Source: Eledone cirrhosa (Eukaryota). Taken from it: a stretch of DNA of 64,000 nucleotides. The notes below the pieces were generated by a model. That model did no database searches. It was not told the DNA's origin and saw nothing but the letters and a program-made list of their open reading frames with translations. Numbering within the stretch: the stretch's first letter is position 1; every line of letters begins with the position of its first letter. Shown here piece by piece: positions 12,745 through 27,511 of the stretch. The stretch lies in the NCBI GenBank assembly GCA_964016885.1, contig OZ024740.1, positions 188,046,001 to 188,110,000 on the forward strand, given 5' to 3'. The translations under genes and the position numbers were made by a program.

Positions 12745-14339
12745 ACAGAATTCTCCCAAATTATTTTACTAAATTCTTTCTTTCCAACAATAACTTATTA
12801 ATAGACTTATTCTGTTTGATTTAACCAATTCAACTTATTTATTTCTATTCATGTTAGACTCTTTAAATTTCATTGTATTCTACTGACTTTAACTTGCACT
12901 TGTGCCTTACAATCACAGCTGCACTACATATTCTGCAATGTATTTAATCCAGTGCTCTGATGATACTCCAAATTCAACTCCTTTATGGGATGAAATATCA
13001 AGAAACCATAAAAAGAACATGTTTTTCCTCAAAACCTCTAACTTTTAGACCTGTGACGTTCCTTCTTTTTTAAACATTATCATTATTTTCCTTGCTAACC
13101 AGGATTAGATGAGTCATTGCAAACCTTGACAATACTTAATCAGACACTCTGCTCTCTCAGACTGCATCTTGCTTACATAAATTCCTACACTATATTTAGT
13201 GTGCCATGCATTTTATCAGTACTCCACCATTGACTCGTCCATGATTTTAGAAGGATTCTCACATTTCATCCCACCATTTGTTAATTCTCAGATAGTTTCT
13301 TGGTTGTGAGAAATCTCTTGGTACTTCAGGTAGAGCCCAGCAAGGTTCAGTTTCGTTCTTGCTATATCATTGATTCACTGGGCGTGAAGGTGGTGTAGTT
13401 GTCATAGAGTTTCTCTACATAGAGTTTCATCTACAACAATGATGGCTTTCCAGAGAAACTATTCAAGTTTTGAATTATTAAAAAGTGAATAACTAAAGAG
13501 TAACATTTCAGCTTTTAACAATGAGAAGTAGTAAGATATAGTTAAGGATCACATGCTATTTGCTAATGTAATTGCATATCTATCCATGGATCCTGAAATC
13601 CTGATAATTATAGCATACAATGTTTTGTGGGCATTTAAACCTAGTGGAACCCTTTCCTCTAGAGGTCAGAACAGAGTCGCTTTCTTCCTGAGAAATAGAG
13701 AGGAAGTGATATAGAGGAAGAATCAACCACAATACTGCCTTGAAATTTCATATATCAACCTTGAAAGGATGAATGTTGGCCTTGGCCAGGCTTGACTTTT
13801 GAGAGTTGGAACAAATACTGCAAATCACTCTATTAGATGTTTAACAATACTGCCAAGTTGCACCTAATATTTTCTTTTACTGTTTTACTGTTTTCAGTCA
13901 TTAGACTGTGGGTATGCTGGAGCACCACTTTGTATGCATTTGTTATTTATCAATCCAATATGACATATCAAACTGTTTATGAAATATCAAGTTGATGTCT
14001 TTAGTTTGACATGTTTCTATAGATTATTATATTTTTTATTTCCTTTCTCTCTTTTCTGTGGTGGCAAAGAATGTCTTCAATGCTCATCCTATTTACCAAT
14101 TGGTATAGAAGAGTTCTCATTGAATATCACACACTTCAATGTCACAAACCTGTTGTAAAAGCTTTCAGAATTGTTTGAAATATAATAATGTTTAAAAGCT
14201 AAAAAGAAAAGTGTAACTACACTTTCAATTCTCTTTCAAATTTATTTTGTAATAAATAATTAACTCTGCTTAATTTCTTTGATTGAAGAATATATATTTT
14301 TACTAAATTTTAGTTTTCTTAAAATTTCTTAATGTGAAG

Positions 14340-14470
14340 ACACAAAGCCTAGTGATTAGGGCATTGGGCTCAATTCTCAGACTGGGAAGTGCAAAGTGTC
14401 CTTGAACAAGATGCTTCATTTCACCATGCTCTAGTCTATTCATTTCAGAAAGTGAATACCAGCAGTATTG
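14340..14470 (+). mobile_element. tRNA-derived SINE (family S2), diverged
   Basis: GCCTAGTGATTAGGG...CTCAATTCTC...GTGTCCTTGAACAAGATGCTT; similar to 29325, 37495, 42675 and 46495 copies. Confidence 0.55.
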
Positions 14471-17400
14471 ATAATTTAGGCTCACTACTTCAGGAGATGT
14501 TTCATTGTTTTGACAGTCAGGACTAAATTTTTGGCACATCTAAAACATCAATTTTTACATGAAACTGTTCTTCATCCAATAGTCTTTTCTCTGTTGGAGG
14601 GTTTATTTTTATATTTTCAGGTTTGTATTATCTAATAAATGTTTTATTATGACAACTTAACATAAAAGCATTGCTCAATGGCTATTTCTCAATGCATTTT
14701 TTTATCCTGAATATGTTGCTTCTCTGTAAATTCTATGTCAACTCTATGTAACAGTAAATGTTCATCTTGGTACCTTACTAAAAGTGGATATTGAATTATG
14801 GAAGCAATAAATACTTTTTGATATATTCCTCTGCTAAAAATCATTGCTACAAATCTTTGCTCATAATCCAGTGACCTTAAGTGGATTCTGCTCTACAATT
14901 GAAATGGGCAGTCCAGAGAGTGTATCGAAAAAGGCATTTGCATGCAAATAGAAGTGATGTAAACTATCTAAATCTTTCAACACTTCCAGTACTGCACGTT
15001 GGTATATTATGTATGCAAGAAAAGGATCACATCAGATTTTGGTTTTGGCAGCTAAAGACTTGTTCTAAACGTTTCCTAATTTCATTCTTTCCACCCAGAA
15101 AATAATTTCTTTGAAATCTTTTCCTACTCATATTTATTTTAAATTTGTAAAATTTGTATCAAGAACTGAAATAAAATAAGTGCATTGCGAGATTAGTTTT
15201 GAAAGCACTGTCCCATCTTCTTTACAATTAAATTCTATACAATGTGAAGAGACATGCCTAAAATATGTTTAGAGTTCACACACGCTAATTTGTAAAAATG
15301 ATTTTAGTGGAAACGCCACAGAAAAATAATGCAATAAATTGAATTTCTATGCGATTTAATCAATTTTTAACAGTATACAAGGAAGACTTATGTTATGTTT
15401 GAAATGTTTAATCAAAGTGAAGGGTTTTATTGCAATATATATTGTCTACTTTACACTAGGAATGTGCTTTCAAAATAGTAGATTAATTCTTAGGAAAAAA
15501 CAATTGAATACTCCCTAAGATAATATATCTAAATATTTAGAAAATTTCAAAGTTATTTCATATAATCATTTATGTTTAAAAATAAATTCTAGATTTTAGA
15601 TTTGAATTTTCATACTTTAAGATCTATTGAAAACTAAAATTTAAAGAAATCTCTTTCGTTATCATGGAATGCAAATTTTGATAGTTTGGAAAGAAAGATT
15701 TGAATTTAGTTCACTGAATTGAATGATATTTAATTCTGTTTATTTATTATTAAGAAATGGACAATTATGTAATTAAAATGTTTGATCTATAATTTCTCAA
15801 TTTCATAAAATTAATATTCCTATTAAATTAATTGTAAGATTTGAAGTATTTATTAAAAATTACTAAATAAATGTAAATAAAAACAAATTAATAATAACAT
15901 AAAATTTGAAAAACAAACTAAATGATTATAAGAAATAAAAAAACCTTGAACAGTGAAAAGTTCATATAAAATGTATCTGCATTTAATAAAAAATCAAAAT
16001 GAGTTGGAATTAGTTTTAACCAAATATATTTTCAACTAAAATCCTTTTAATAATGAAATGGAATTTTTTTTGTTATTGTTAGGTTTCATCTGTTGAAGTT
16101 TTAGTTGTATTTTACAAGCAACTATGCTTAGTGGAGATAATCTCAATTAAGCTCTGTTTGTAAGTCTTTTGTCCAGCAGTCTTATTTATTCAAGCCATGC
16201 ATATGTATCATTTCTTTTAGAATGCGATAAATGATAAAAAGAAAAACATATGCATGGTTAATTTGATTAAAGACTTTGATATATTTCCAGCCATGAAGCA
16301 TTATATGAAAATTAAATTGGGGAAAATTTTGTACAACTTTCATTATAATTTTCATACAATTTTGCTTCTTAGTTCTTTTCTTTTTTGGTAAACAAACTTT
16401 TAAATGATTGTTGATTATTCTTTTGCTGACAGAAAGCCAAATTTAGTAATGGAAGATGCTACTATACTAGATATACTCTAGCATGTTACTGGTATTTTGA
16501 TGTCAAAAGTTATTACACCTCAATTTGATCAACTTGATTTTATAGTGTTTATAATTTTAACTCCATATAATCAATTTTATGAAGTGTCAGTGTTATTAGA
16601 AACAAATATTCTGAAATTAATTACATTAAAAAAAGAAAAACATTTTGCCATGGAGTCAATTTTGGAAGGCTTATTTTCAAAATCCTATTCAAACTATGAT
16701 ACAGCATAACAATTTTCTATTGCCCATTTATTGGCCTATTGAAAGTTTTAATTCAGTATTGCAGAGATTAAACAAATATTATTCCTTTTCCTATCTAATA
16801 ATTTGAAGTCTGTTTGTGAATAACTATTGTATTTTTAATAAGAAATCAGTAACTTGCAACAAGAACATATAGGAATTAGTTTAAATTGATCTATAAAATG
16901 ATTACTTAAAACGAAATGTTTGCAACCAAACTCAGCTGATTCTATAATTCAGCATTGCTGATGAATTATATTGAATTTTTTGTTGAGATTACAAATTAGA
17001 AAATAGAGATGAAACAATTAAAAAAAGTTTAGACAAATAAAATTTCAAAATTTATGTCCAACTGTCTTCATTCAATATTCAGGAAGCCTAAAATAACACA
17101 GACAATTCTTTATCAAGACAATCCTTACTTATTTTAAAGAAAATAAGATTAACTATCCCTGATGTTGTGAAACTTCAATGTTTACATTTCTAAGATATTT
17201 GGCTTCTTTTATAGATCTTAGATCTAATTTAGCTATGGGAATTTTCTAACATACTGAAAATCTTAATAAAATTTGTAATATAGTCATTTTATCTGTTACC
17301 AGCAATGGTGTCCTATTTCCCATTTAACCACATTCAGAAATAAATTGTTTGTCTGACCAACAATAGTTCTCTTGGTGAGAAATTGGAAATTGTAACATTT

Positions 17401-19971
17401 CATTCTGATGAAACAATAATTGTTGTGTAAAAATGTATGATCTATGGAGAAAGACAAACATGTGTGAAGACAGATCATCCTCATCATGAAAATATAACTT
17501 TCTACATTAAAATGTGGCACAAAAAAAATAATTGATAGATACAGCAATGTAGTATGCTTACAGAACCAAAATTACATCAATTCATGCAATATTAATGACA
17601 CTACTCAGGATGTGTGAAGTTGGATCAGCTTTACAGATGACATCAAAGTTCAAATTAAGACATGAAATAAACCATTGTACTTTATATGAAATAAATTATA
17701 AGAAAAGAAAATATTCTAATTTTCTCTTAATTATCATCATCAACATTTCTCTTAAGTTATATAATTGGAAACTTTGGTTAATTCATAGACATCTTCATAT
17801 AAGAAACACCTGAAGCAATCTTTCAAGCATATAGTGTGAAAAGGATTCATTAAATAAAAGGTTGACTGCTCAACATGACATTCTCTAGCTATCATGACAC
17901 TTGCTTAATTGACTGAATAAACTAAAGTGAAACTTTCAAGAGAAAACAATAGTTATGTTGCACTTAGAATTTAATACTAATAAAAAGAAATATTATGATA
18001 GCTTTCCATGAGATGTATATGTATGATATTTTACTATTGTTATCTTTACAAAATACAAAACAATTTATTAAACTTTTTGTCTGCTTCCTTCTCAATGTAT
18101 TCTTCAATAATATAAATGTTATTGTCTTCTTTTATTACATTTGAACTGTCTTTGGTAATTGTTACTGTTGTACACTCATTTCAAATAGACTATTCTGATT
18201 TTGGACTGTTTTGTCAGAGACAAGACAAATACACAGTCTAAAATAGTCTGTTAACCCACACAACATTTATCTATGCAAACATGTAGTTTTGTATATATAT
18301 TTGTTACTATTTCTGCCTTTGTATTTAGTAGTATATACTCAAATATATATGTATGCACATATGCATCTATATATGTTTGTATTTATGCTTACCCAAAATT
18401 ATTACCCAAAATTATTAACAAGAACAAATTATTAGCTACAATGCCATCACTAATTCTTTTCAAATTATTCATGTCTGAAAACCAGTAATATCATTGTGTT
18501 TAATCCAACGATATTTATTTTACTATTTTCTTTCAAGAAGTTATAAATGGAAGTTAGAGTGGTACATAATCAACTTAATACTAACATTCACTCTATTAGA
18601 TTGTTTGCATATAAACACATACACGCACCCATACACCTGTTTATGTTTTGAATATATTTGATTCAAATCTTTAGGAGATACTGTCATTAGTTGTAAAACC
18701 TGACATATAGATATATTAGAAAATCCAACATTTGTTGTTCAAAGATAAGTAATTTGATTATAACTGCTTACTTATAGTAAATACATATGAATACACATAG
18801 GTATTAATCTAATGATAAGGGAATTAGTTTATATATGGAAAATTGGGGATGCTATTGGTACTACAACTATTTCTGATCTTCTTTGTTCAAGTATATATAA
18901 TTAAATGTCACAATACTGCTGCTGTTACTGGTTAAATTTAGCTATTAATTGCCATCTATATTCCTCTGTCAGATTTTATTGTTATTGCTTTTCTCATGAG
19001 AGGCATAGTTTTGATACTTAGTCTTAAGAAATGGTAAAGAGAACCCAAATTAATGTCACAAAATAAGAATTCTTCTCTCCTAAAGATCTGAAACCGTTGA
19101 GATTTACCTTAACATATAAATTCTGTCTTTTAAAATTATTTTTATTATTAAAAATGATATACGTACACACAATCACAAACAGACACACACAAACACAAAT
19201 ACACACATATAAATATGTAAAATTATAAGCTAACATAGAAGATAAACCTATCAAAATATGTGAATTCAGAATTTATTAAGCATGTATAACAATCTAAATT
19301 CTTTCAAATGTTTTGTGGACGCATTTCAAATTAAATAGATGATTAATTGTAAAATGCAAGTATGTGTAAGAAATTGAAAGAAAAAAAATCCTCTAATCAT
19401 TGTTATGTTTATATTCACTTTTGCAAAGATGAAATTCTGAATGTATTTCAACAATTTATTTTGAAAGAATCAACCACATTAAGAAAGCAAAACAATGTTG
19501 TAATTATTTGCATGATGTCTTCCTAGTTATAATCAAACCTTTGATAAGAATAGATATATGTAAAATCCAATTTCGGTTGTTGTAATTGCTTCATTTAGTG
19601 AGTTCTTATTATCACCCACCACCATCACCACCACAAAACAAAAAAAGAAAAAACACAAACGAAATACAAAAATACAAACTCAAAATGATAAGTTCCAATA
19701 AGACTTCTAATAATCAAAAACGAAAATGTATCTTTTCATTATAGGACTAGAAGAGATACAAAATTAGATTTCTTTAACAATAATCTTTGAATGGCATTTC
19801 AGATTAATTTTATCAAATAAGGAGTAAAGGAGTAAATTCAGATGTGCTAAATCTTTTATAGAATATATAACTTACTGGCTTTTATTTTAGATATTATTCT
19901 TGAAATAATGAATTCTTATATATAATTGAAGCTTTAGATTTATATTTCAAAGGAAATCTAAGTTTCTTTTA

Positions 19972-20960
19972 AATAATAATAATAATAATAATAATAATGC
20001 TTTTTTTATTAACCACAAGGGTTTACACAAAGTAGACATTAAGGACAGTACAGGACAATACAGGACAGTACAAAAGGGCATTTCTGCGTGTAAAAAAAAC
20101 AAGAAACAGAGGATGTAATAATAGAACAATGAAAACAATTCCCCAATAGGGAGGAGACTTCCGAGGGACATTCGTGGAGAAAGCCCATTAAAAAGCCACA
20201 GTGACCCTGACCACCAGGGCAAGTGCCTTCTCCCAGTTTTCCACCTTCAATTTACAGGCACATACTCAGAGTAGGCCCATTCAATCGGGCCTTTCTTGCC
20301 TCTCTCACCCATCTTTCAACAAAATGCTGAGAAGAGAGACCTGATTATCCTTTTCAAATGAAATTTGAAAAAGTTAATCAGGGCATCACCGAAGAGGTAA
20401 GGGCTCGTCTTCAGCCCTTTCAGACGCGTCCACCATACTATCTCTTTCGCCATGGCCACCAGACAGATAAAAACTGCCTGCCCTTCTTGGCTAAAGGAAG
20501 AGGGTGGGGCAATCCTCACGATGGACTCAGCTGATAGCCAGATCCGTCCTACACGCGACAGCAGGTGTTCGACATAAACCCACAAGTCAGCAATGCTCAG
20601 ACACTGGACGAGTGCATGCAGGACGGTTTCGTCGCTCTGCACGCATCTCGGACATGCCCAGCTGACAGCACTTCCATGCTTGCAGAGTTTATCCAGAACT
20701 GGCAAAGCTCCTTTATAGCACTGCCAGGCCAGGGATTTCTGGAAGTTGTCCATAGGCCCCCGCCCGAAAGTTCTTCCGAAGAGATTGGCTAGTTCATTTT
20801 CGTCGACGCCTAGAGTTTCCCCAAGTACAGTGTCACTCTTCCCCTCCACTAATTCTCTATAGAACGCCAAGGTGGAGTTTCCACCGATCACATTGCCCGA
20901 TTGGTCGAGGGCTGTGAGCGCCTGAAGACATTCCAGTCGCCTAATAATGATAATGGTAAT
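19972..20960 (-). mobile_element. 5'-truncated Tx1/L1-clade LINE 3' end within an (AAT)n tract
   Basis: ORF 20316-20891 with a zf-RVT-type CCHC motif. Minus-strand AATAAA precedes the (ATT)n tail at 19972-19998; AAT-like repeats at 20942-20960. Confidence 0.75.
20316..20891 (-). pseudogene. Tx1/L1 ORF2 C-terminal remnant (zinc knuckle)
   Basis: FQKSLAWQCYKGALPV...CPRCVQSDETVLHALVQC...LW...IVWWTR matches the L1/Tx1 C-terminal W..GALP / CxxC..ET..H....C pattern. Confidence 0.75.
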
Positions 20961-23479
20961 TCAGAGGATTATTTTTGTAATTAAGTTTACTTCAACTCAG
21001 AATTGAATTTAGGATTTGGTTGATATTTACTATTTCACAAAATACACATCGCAGAAATATTTTCTGTCGAGCTATATTGTCTTTTGTAAATAGAGTTGAG
21101 CCTGTTGTTTGCTAGGCCTGAATTAATGTAATACAATTCTAACAGCGTATGTTAAAATATAGTATTAAGAGTATAATATTAAATTGAGTTATTAAGTCAT
21201 AAATTTGATAACTCAGTATACACTGATCTTAAGATCAATTATCAAAAGTTCAAACAATGCAAAATGTTATCTTGAAAAGTATATAATACAGATATCAAAA
21301 GATTGTAGATTTCAATAATATAGGTAACACTTCAGCTGCAGCATTGCCTTAATTTTTGTTTTAATTAATTTAAAATAACAGAAACAAAAGCTTTATATAT
21401 GTTGCCAAAAGAACGTGAGAATCATTGACTTAAATATATTTGGTGTATTTTTATTCAAATTAAACATTTTACACCAGTTTCACCAATTTATAAAATTTAT
21501 AAATGATGAAAATAGCAATCAATAGGTTAACATAACTGGTGTTCTGATGTATCCCTTGAAAAGTCACTTCATTCTGAATACTGAGTATAAGCTAAATTAC
21601 TGTTATTGGAGTGCTGTAAAACTGACAAATGTTAGTCTATTTGCTGTGATTTAGTTTACATTATAAGGAGAATATGCTAGAAATTGATATTCAGGCTCTT
21701 AACTACTCAACAATGTGATAAGGTAGGATAAGCGCTAACGTACATTGGATTTCATGCATGTTGAACCTCAAATAATGGAAGCATTCTCAAGAATCAATTG
21801 AGGAAAGATAAAATTATCTTCATCCAAACCATACCATCTTATAACTCTTACCCACCTCTATGCCATTAAAATTTAATTGTATCCTAATACTTTCACTGTT
21901 GCATTGCTAAATAAATGATCATGAGAAACATTTCTGCTATATTTCTGGAAATAAATTCAGTTAATTCTGTACAGATCTCTATTTAACTAAGGTTAACAAG
22001 TATTTTTTCTTCGAATAAATGTTTGTGGTTTAGATGCCAACCAAATCAACAAACCAATTCAGAAGGCTTCTCATAAAATTACACATACATTAAATAATGT
22101 AGTTCTAGTAAAGTGTCAAAATAGGGCAGATTGGTAATGGCATGATCAGGTCAGTCCTGGGATTAAACAACAACAAAAACAAACAATTCTGAAGAAATAA
22201 ATGAATTTTCATTAGCTTTAAGTAATCTCTGAAAGCCTATGTAGTCTCCTTTTGTTAACATAATATATTCCATTAAGTTTTTAAATGTATCACAAATCAA
22301 ATATCACCAAATAATGTTAAGAAATTTTAATCAAATTTTCTTTCAACATTTTCTACTTGATATTCAAATGTCAATGTTTGCATTTTAATTGAGTTGATAT
22401 CAGTATGTTTAAGTAATCTTGTTCTCAGGCATATGATAGCATTCCACTAGTTAACACCTAAAATCATTATCATTATCACCTCTTTCCACATGAGTTCCAT
22501 TTTCTCTCCTATTTGCATTTTATTAAGCAGCAATAAAGATAGATACTAACATGTTATCTCGTTTCACTTAAATTATTTTGGTTACATGACTATCTCAATT
22601 TATTGCATTGATGCTTTAAACTTTTATGTTGTGGCCTCTCTGTTCCAACTCTGTCTTTATCTCTTATTTTTATTATTTACTTTCACACATTTTTCCATCA
22701 CCATGTCAGCCATTACATTCATCTGAGGAAGAGGGTAGTGAAAATGATTGTGAATTCAAATTCTAACATATACTCCTAGACTATTATATATCCCAAACAT
22801 GCTAGATGCAATTGAACAGTTCTGTGGTTACAATACATGATTTGCAACCATGTAGATTCAATTTCGATCATGCTTTATGACACTAGTGTCTCCTATCATA
22901 ACCTCTGGCTGATCAGTGCCCAGTGAAAGTAATTTGATAGATAGAATCTTTTGAGAAATCCATTGTATTATATGTGTATAATGTTTGCAAAAATGTAATC
23001 AAATGTGACAAATATGTGTTTCATTCCTGTGTAGTCTGTGAAGCAGGTTTCAAATTATTTTAATATAAAGAATGGTGAAGAAGGTAAAACAACAAAATTA
23101 GTTTAAACAGAAAATGGGAGAGGTTATTTGTTTGTAAATAAAATAGTTATATATGTAGATTTGATAAAGATGATTTTAAATATAAGTGCATATAATGTAA
23201 GTGTTTTGTAAAGTAAATCAAGGATTCAGTCTTTAGTAACTGTAATGAGTTTGCTTTAACCAGATAATTGTGGCAATTTTGGTTTTTGATAGCAGAAAAA
23301 TTGAATTTAAAAAAATAATAAATTGAAAATAAGATTTTAAGTTTGCTTGATATACCTATATTTAGCAATAATTTGTAATCTTCATTTAATGATTGACAAA
23401 ATCTACAAAAGAGAAACAAATATATGTATGTCACATTTAATTACTTTTTTTTAGGACAGTATTATTTATTTATTCTGCT

Positions 23480-24538
23480 ATCATCATCATCATCATCATC
23501 ACCGTTTTATGTCCGTTCTTTCATGCTAACATGGGTTAGACGGGTTGTCCTGTTGTGTGTAGTGTCTGGTCGGCTGACCTTGTCTTGCTCCTACGGGAAC
23601 TGATTCTAGCTTGATTTCTACAATTGGATCCCCTTCCTAACACCAATCTCATTTACAGTGAGTGCTGAGTGCTTTTTTCCGTGGTGCCTACACGTCCACT
23701 TTACAGTGTGGGCTGAGTGCTTTTTTGCCGTGGTACCTCCACGACCACTTTGCAGTGGGAGGGTGTGGGGGCATATTGTCTATATGCTTCAGCTTCGGCT
23801 TGTACCCGTGGTGGTCACGTCTTCTGTATTACTGCATGACGCCAGAGGTCACGGTCGTGTTTCATCATGTGTAATTGGGTAAGGTCGGCTTTTATCATCT
23901 CATCCCAGGTCTTCTTGGGTCTCCCCACTCCGCGGTTTCCATCGACTTCTACTGCTCTGCACCCTTTTATGCAGCTGTCATCCTCCATATGCATCACATG
24001 TTCATACCAATGCAACTGCCTCTCCTGCACGTAGCATTTGATACCTCTTATGCTCAGTCTCTCTCTCTCAATTTGTTTATGCTTTGCCGTTCGCGTATAT
24101 TACTATTACACATCCATCGGAGCATGCAGGCTTCGTTTCTTTCTAATCTACATATGTCTTCCACAGACAGCGCCCAGGTCTCACTACCATGCAACATCGC
24201 TGTTCGGATACACGCATCATACAGTCTGCCTTTCATTTTGACGGAAAAGCCTTTTGCAGCTAGCAGTGGCAGTAGCTTCCTGAACTTCTTCCATCCCATT
24301 CTTACCCTAGTTATTGTACTTCCTGAACACCCACCTCCGCTGCTAATTCGGTCACCTAGGTAGCAGAAGCTGTCAATTGTTTCTACAGAGCCGTCCCAGA
24401 GTTTTGTGGTCCTTGTTTCCTGTGGCTGTTTGCTGCTTGCCTGTCCCAGCACAGCTGCTACATGTGAAACCAACATTCTTAGTTAAGCTTCCTGAGATCC
24501 CACTACATCTCTTGTGTACCCATTGTTTGCATTTGGGC
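23480..24538 (-). mobile_element. RTE LINE family A, 5'-truncated, with internal deletions and frameshift
   Basis: ORFs 24054-24476 and 23815-24030 (FCYLGD, LHGSETW, LHWYEHVMHM, GRPKKTW); (CAT)n tail at 23480-23500. Confidence 0.92.
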
Positions 24539-26699
24539 TATATGTATACAATTCTTTTTTTAGCGTATGGTTTTCATTACACTTATGAACAAACAAAACA
24601 GCTGTCTCTGAAAACATATGTGTGTTTTCTAAAAAAAAAAAAATCAATTTTCCATTTCTTCCTCTTCTCACTCTCCTCTATCTGTCTAGTTCTTTTATTT
24701 CTCATTCTAACTTCTGATTAAGAACTAAGGTAAAAAGAAGTTAATACTCTTTTCCTACTATAGTAAGCTTTAAACTACTATATGTTTCCTTTCCATTTAC
24801 TGTTTGCATGCGTGTTCGTAGAAACACATGTACATATATATGTAGACTCAGCTTTGAATAGATGGTTATTCTATTCTGTTTAATGTTATGGTGTATTTTC
24901 TGCTGCATTACAAGTTACTCCTGTGTGAACCAATTACCACCTATATACACACATATCTTATTTATTTCTAATTTGTACTGCACATTTATCTTTGGATGCT
25001 TCCAGTAAAATACCAGGTTTTCTATTAGATGCTGCTAGAATCCTCGTCCCTATTTCTGGAGAGATATACATTGTGAAAAAACGTACAGCTCTTCTCACAT
25101 CATAACTGGTTTTGTATATGTGTGTTTCTGTGTGTGTGTGTGAGAGAGGAGGGGGGGGGGTAGAAGTGGCAGAAGGTGAAAGAGTGGAAAGAATGGCTCT
25201 AGAAAGATAAATGACTACATTGACTATGACAGGATTTGAACTTAGAATAAATACCTCAGGAATTCTATCCAATGCTCTATGTGTTTTATGCATGACTGTC
25301 TGTCTTCCAGCAATCGGCAAAGGATGTAAAAAAAATGCCAGTGAGAAACACCAATAAGCAGGTGTTTTTAGAGCAAGTTCCCCTTGAAATTTGTTCTGGG
25401 TGAAACTGACATTATTTTGTCATTCTTGTAATCATAAATATAATAAAACCACTTAATGGCTTGTTGGAAACATGTAAACAACCACACTAATGTTCATAAA
25501 ATATGCAATGTAAAATAAATAAAAAAGTATATCATCAGAATCATATACCCATGATTAGCATGAAGCAATATGTATGAAACCATTAAATTATATATTTGCA
25601 TTTGCATGCAAAATATTTCTTAAACATGCTGTCTCTATCAAGCTATGCTAACACAAGCAAATACATGAACCTCCCTACCATTATTAATACATTCTAGCTA
25701 AACAATTTTACTGATGTTCTATTATTACATTTCATACATTATTATCATTAATGGTATTATTTGTCTAATGGAAGCAATTTAAATATGAAATTCATTGTTA
25801 CTCCATGTTTATATACATGTGCAGCTACATATAAGCACTCAGAAAATTATTGGTAGTTATATAGTTTAAGGAGAGATGTATAATTATTTTAAAGCAGTAT
25901 GTTTGAACCTGATATTTAAGTCCATTTAGGAATTCACAAATTTTTAGGAAATATAATAAACAGTTCACCTGAAACTTGCAATTAAAACATTTCACAGATC
26001 CTTCCTCTTTATTTGTTTATATCAACAGTACTTTAGCTTTTATGATTCTTTGAAAAATCCTTTCATATACACTTTGCTAATATCTTGTGTAATCTAAGAA
26101 GTTATTTCTTATTTTTTAAAATGGTTGCTGTTTTATTAATGCATATTTGGAGTATATATTGAATCTTTATTGAATTTCCTTTGCTGTTAAGTAAAATGTT
26201 AACACATATGAAATACAAAATAGAGGAAGAAAAATATATGAAATAGAAAATGTAAACAATCCAGTAAAATTAATATGGAATAACAAATTAGATTCTTGTG
26301 AAATAAAATCTACTTATCCTTTTGCATTCTTTACTGGATTGAAATCATAAAAATACTAAGTTTTGGAGATCTGAGGTTGGTTGATTTTAATGTATATTTT
26401 ATGATTTTGTAGCACATTTTAAGGATGAAATCCAACTGTATAATCTATTTTTCAAATAGACATTTTCTTGAATTCAGACTATTAAAAGAAACCTGAGCAT
26501 GATTGAATGAAATTTGTATTCCAGTAACAGTAAAATGAATATTCAAATAGTGCTGAATATTAAGAGGGAAATGAGAAATGAGTGATCTGAGAAAGTCAAA
26601 GCAATCCATAAGTGTTTGTTGTAGTTTGCATTTGTTAAACAGAAATTGCTAAGAGATATATGAAATTTGTAAGACATGATGATTTAGAATGTCAAACGA

Positions 26700-26875
26700 A
26701 AGAATTACTGGACAGATTTTATGGGCAAACCAAACAGCAGCTAGAGGATTGGATAACATTCTTTAGCTTGGATGGTCTGTTAAGGTGGTTCAGCTTGATC
26801 AATTGGTGATGGTTGCGTTTGACAGGGCCCACTGGAAGACGTGCTTGAGGACTCTGTCCTCACTATCCTCCTACA
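26700..26875 (+). mobile_element. Old RTE family C 3' fragment
   Basis: GAATTACTGGACAGATTTTA..GGCAAACCAA...CCACTGGAAG..GTGCTTGAGGACT similar to 32360-32545. Confidence 0.55.
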
Positions 26876-27511
26876 GTAGACGTTGTATTATGTTCCTTGA
26901 TTAAATATATATATTTAATTATTGCATGTGTATTTATGATAATGATGTCCCATACATAATGGGGTTTGGCATCAATTTAAAAGATCTAGCTTCTTAAAAC
27001 AGTATGCTTTATTCTACCAATTGAGAAAAGCTATTGAAAGACAAATAAAAAATTGATAATTTGTTTTTGTAGAAAAAATATCTGGTTTGTATCTCATCTA
27101 AAGGAATTAACTTCTCATGGGCCTGAACAGATTGCAATATAAAACTTCATAAGTAGGAAAATATGGCAAAATATTCTGGTAGATTACTGCAGAAACTTTG
27201 TCAATAGCAGAAATAATTATAAATGTATAAGTGTTTATAGTGTGATAGTAGCACATAATTAATGTGGGTTTGATTTAGAGCAGAATATAACCAGTTTTTT
27301 TTTAAAGATAAAACATTGATTTAATGACTGTCCTAGACATGCTGTATTTTCCAAAGTGCATTTTTATTTTTAAATTTTCATAGACATTTTTGATGTTTTC
27401 CCTAGTGTATTTTATTTTATCTTTAATCATATTTTTGTAAACGTTTGCCTACACTTTTAAAACAAAAACAAACATGAGTACAAAAAGATATGGTTTGAGT
27501 ATTTTTCTGAT

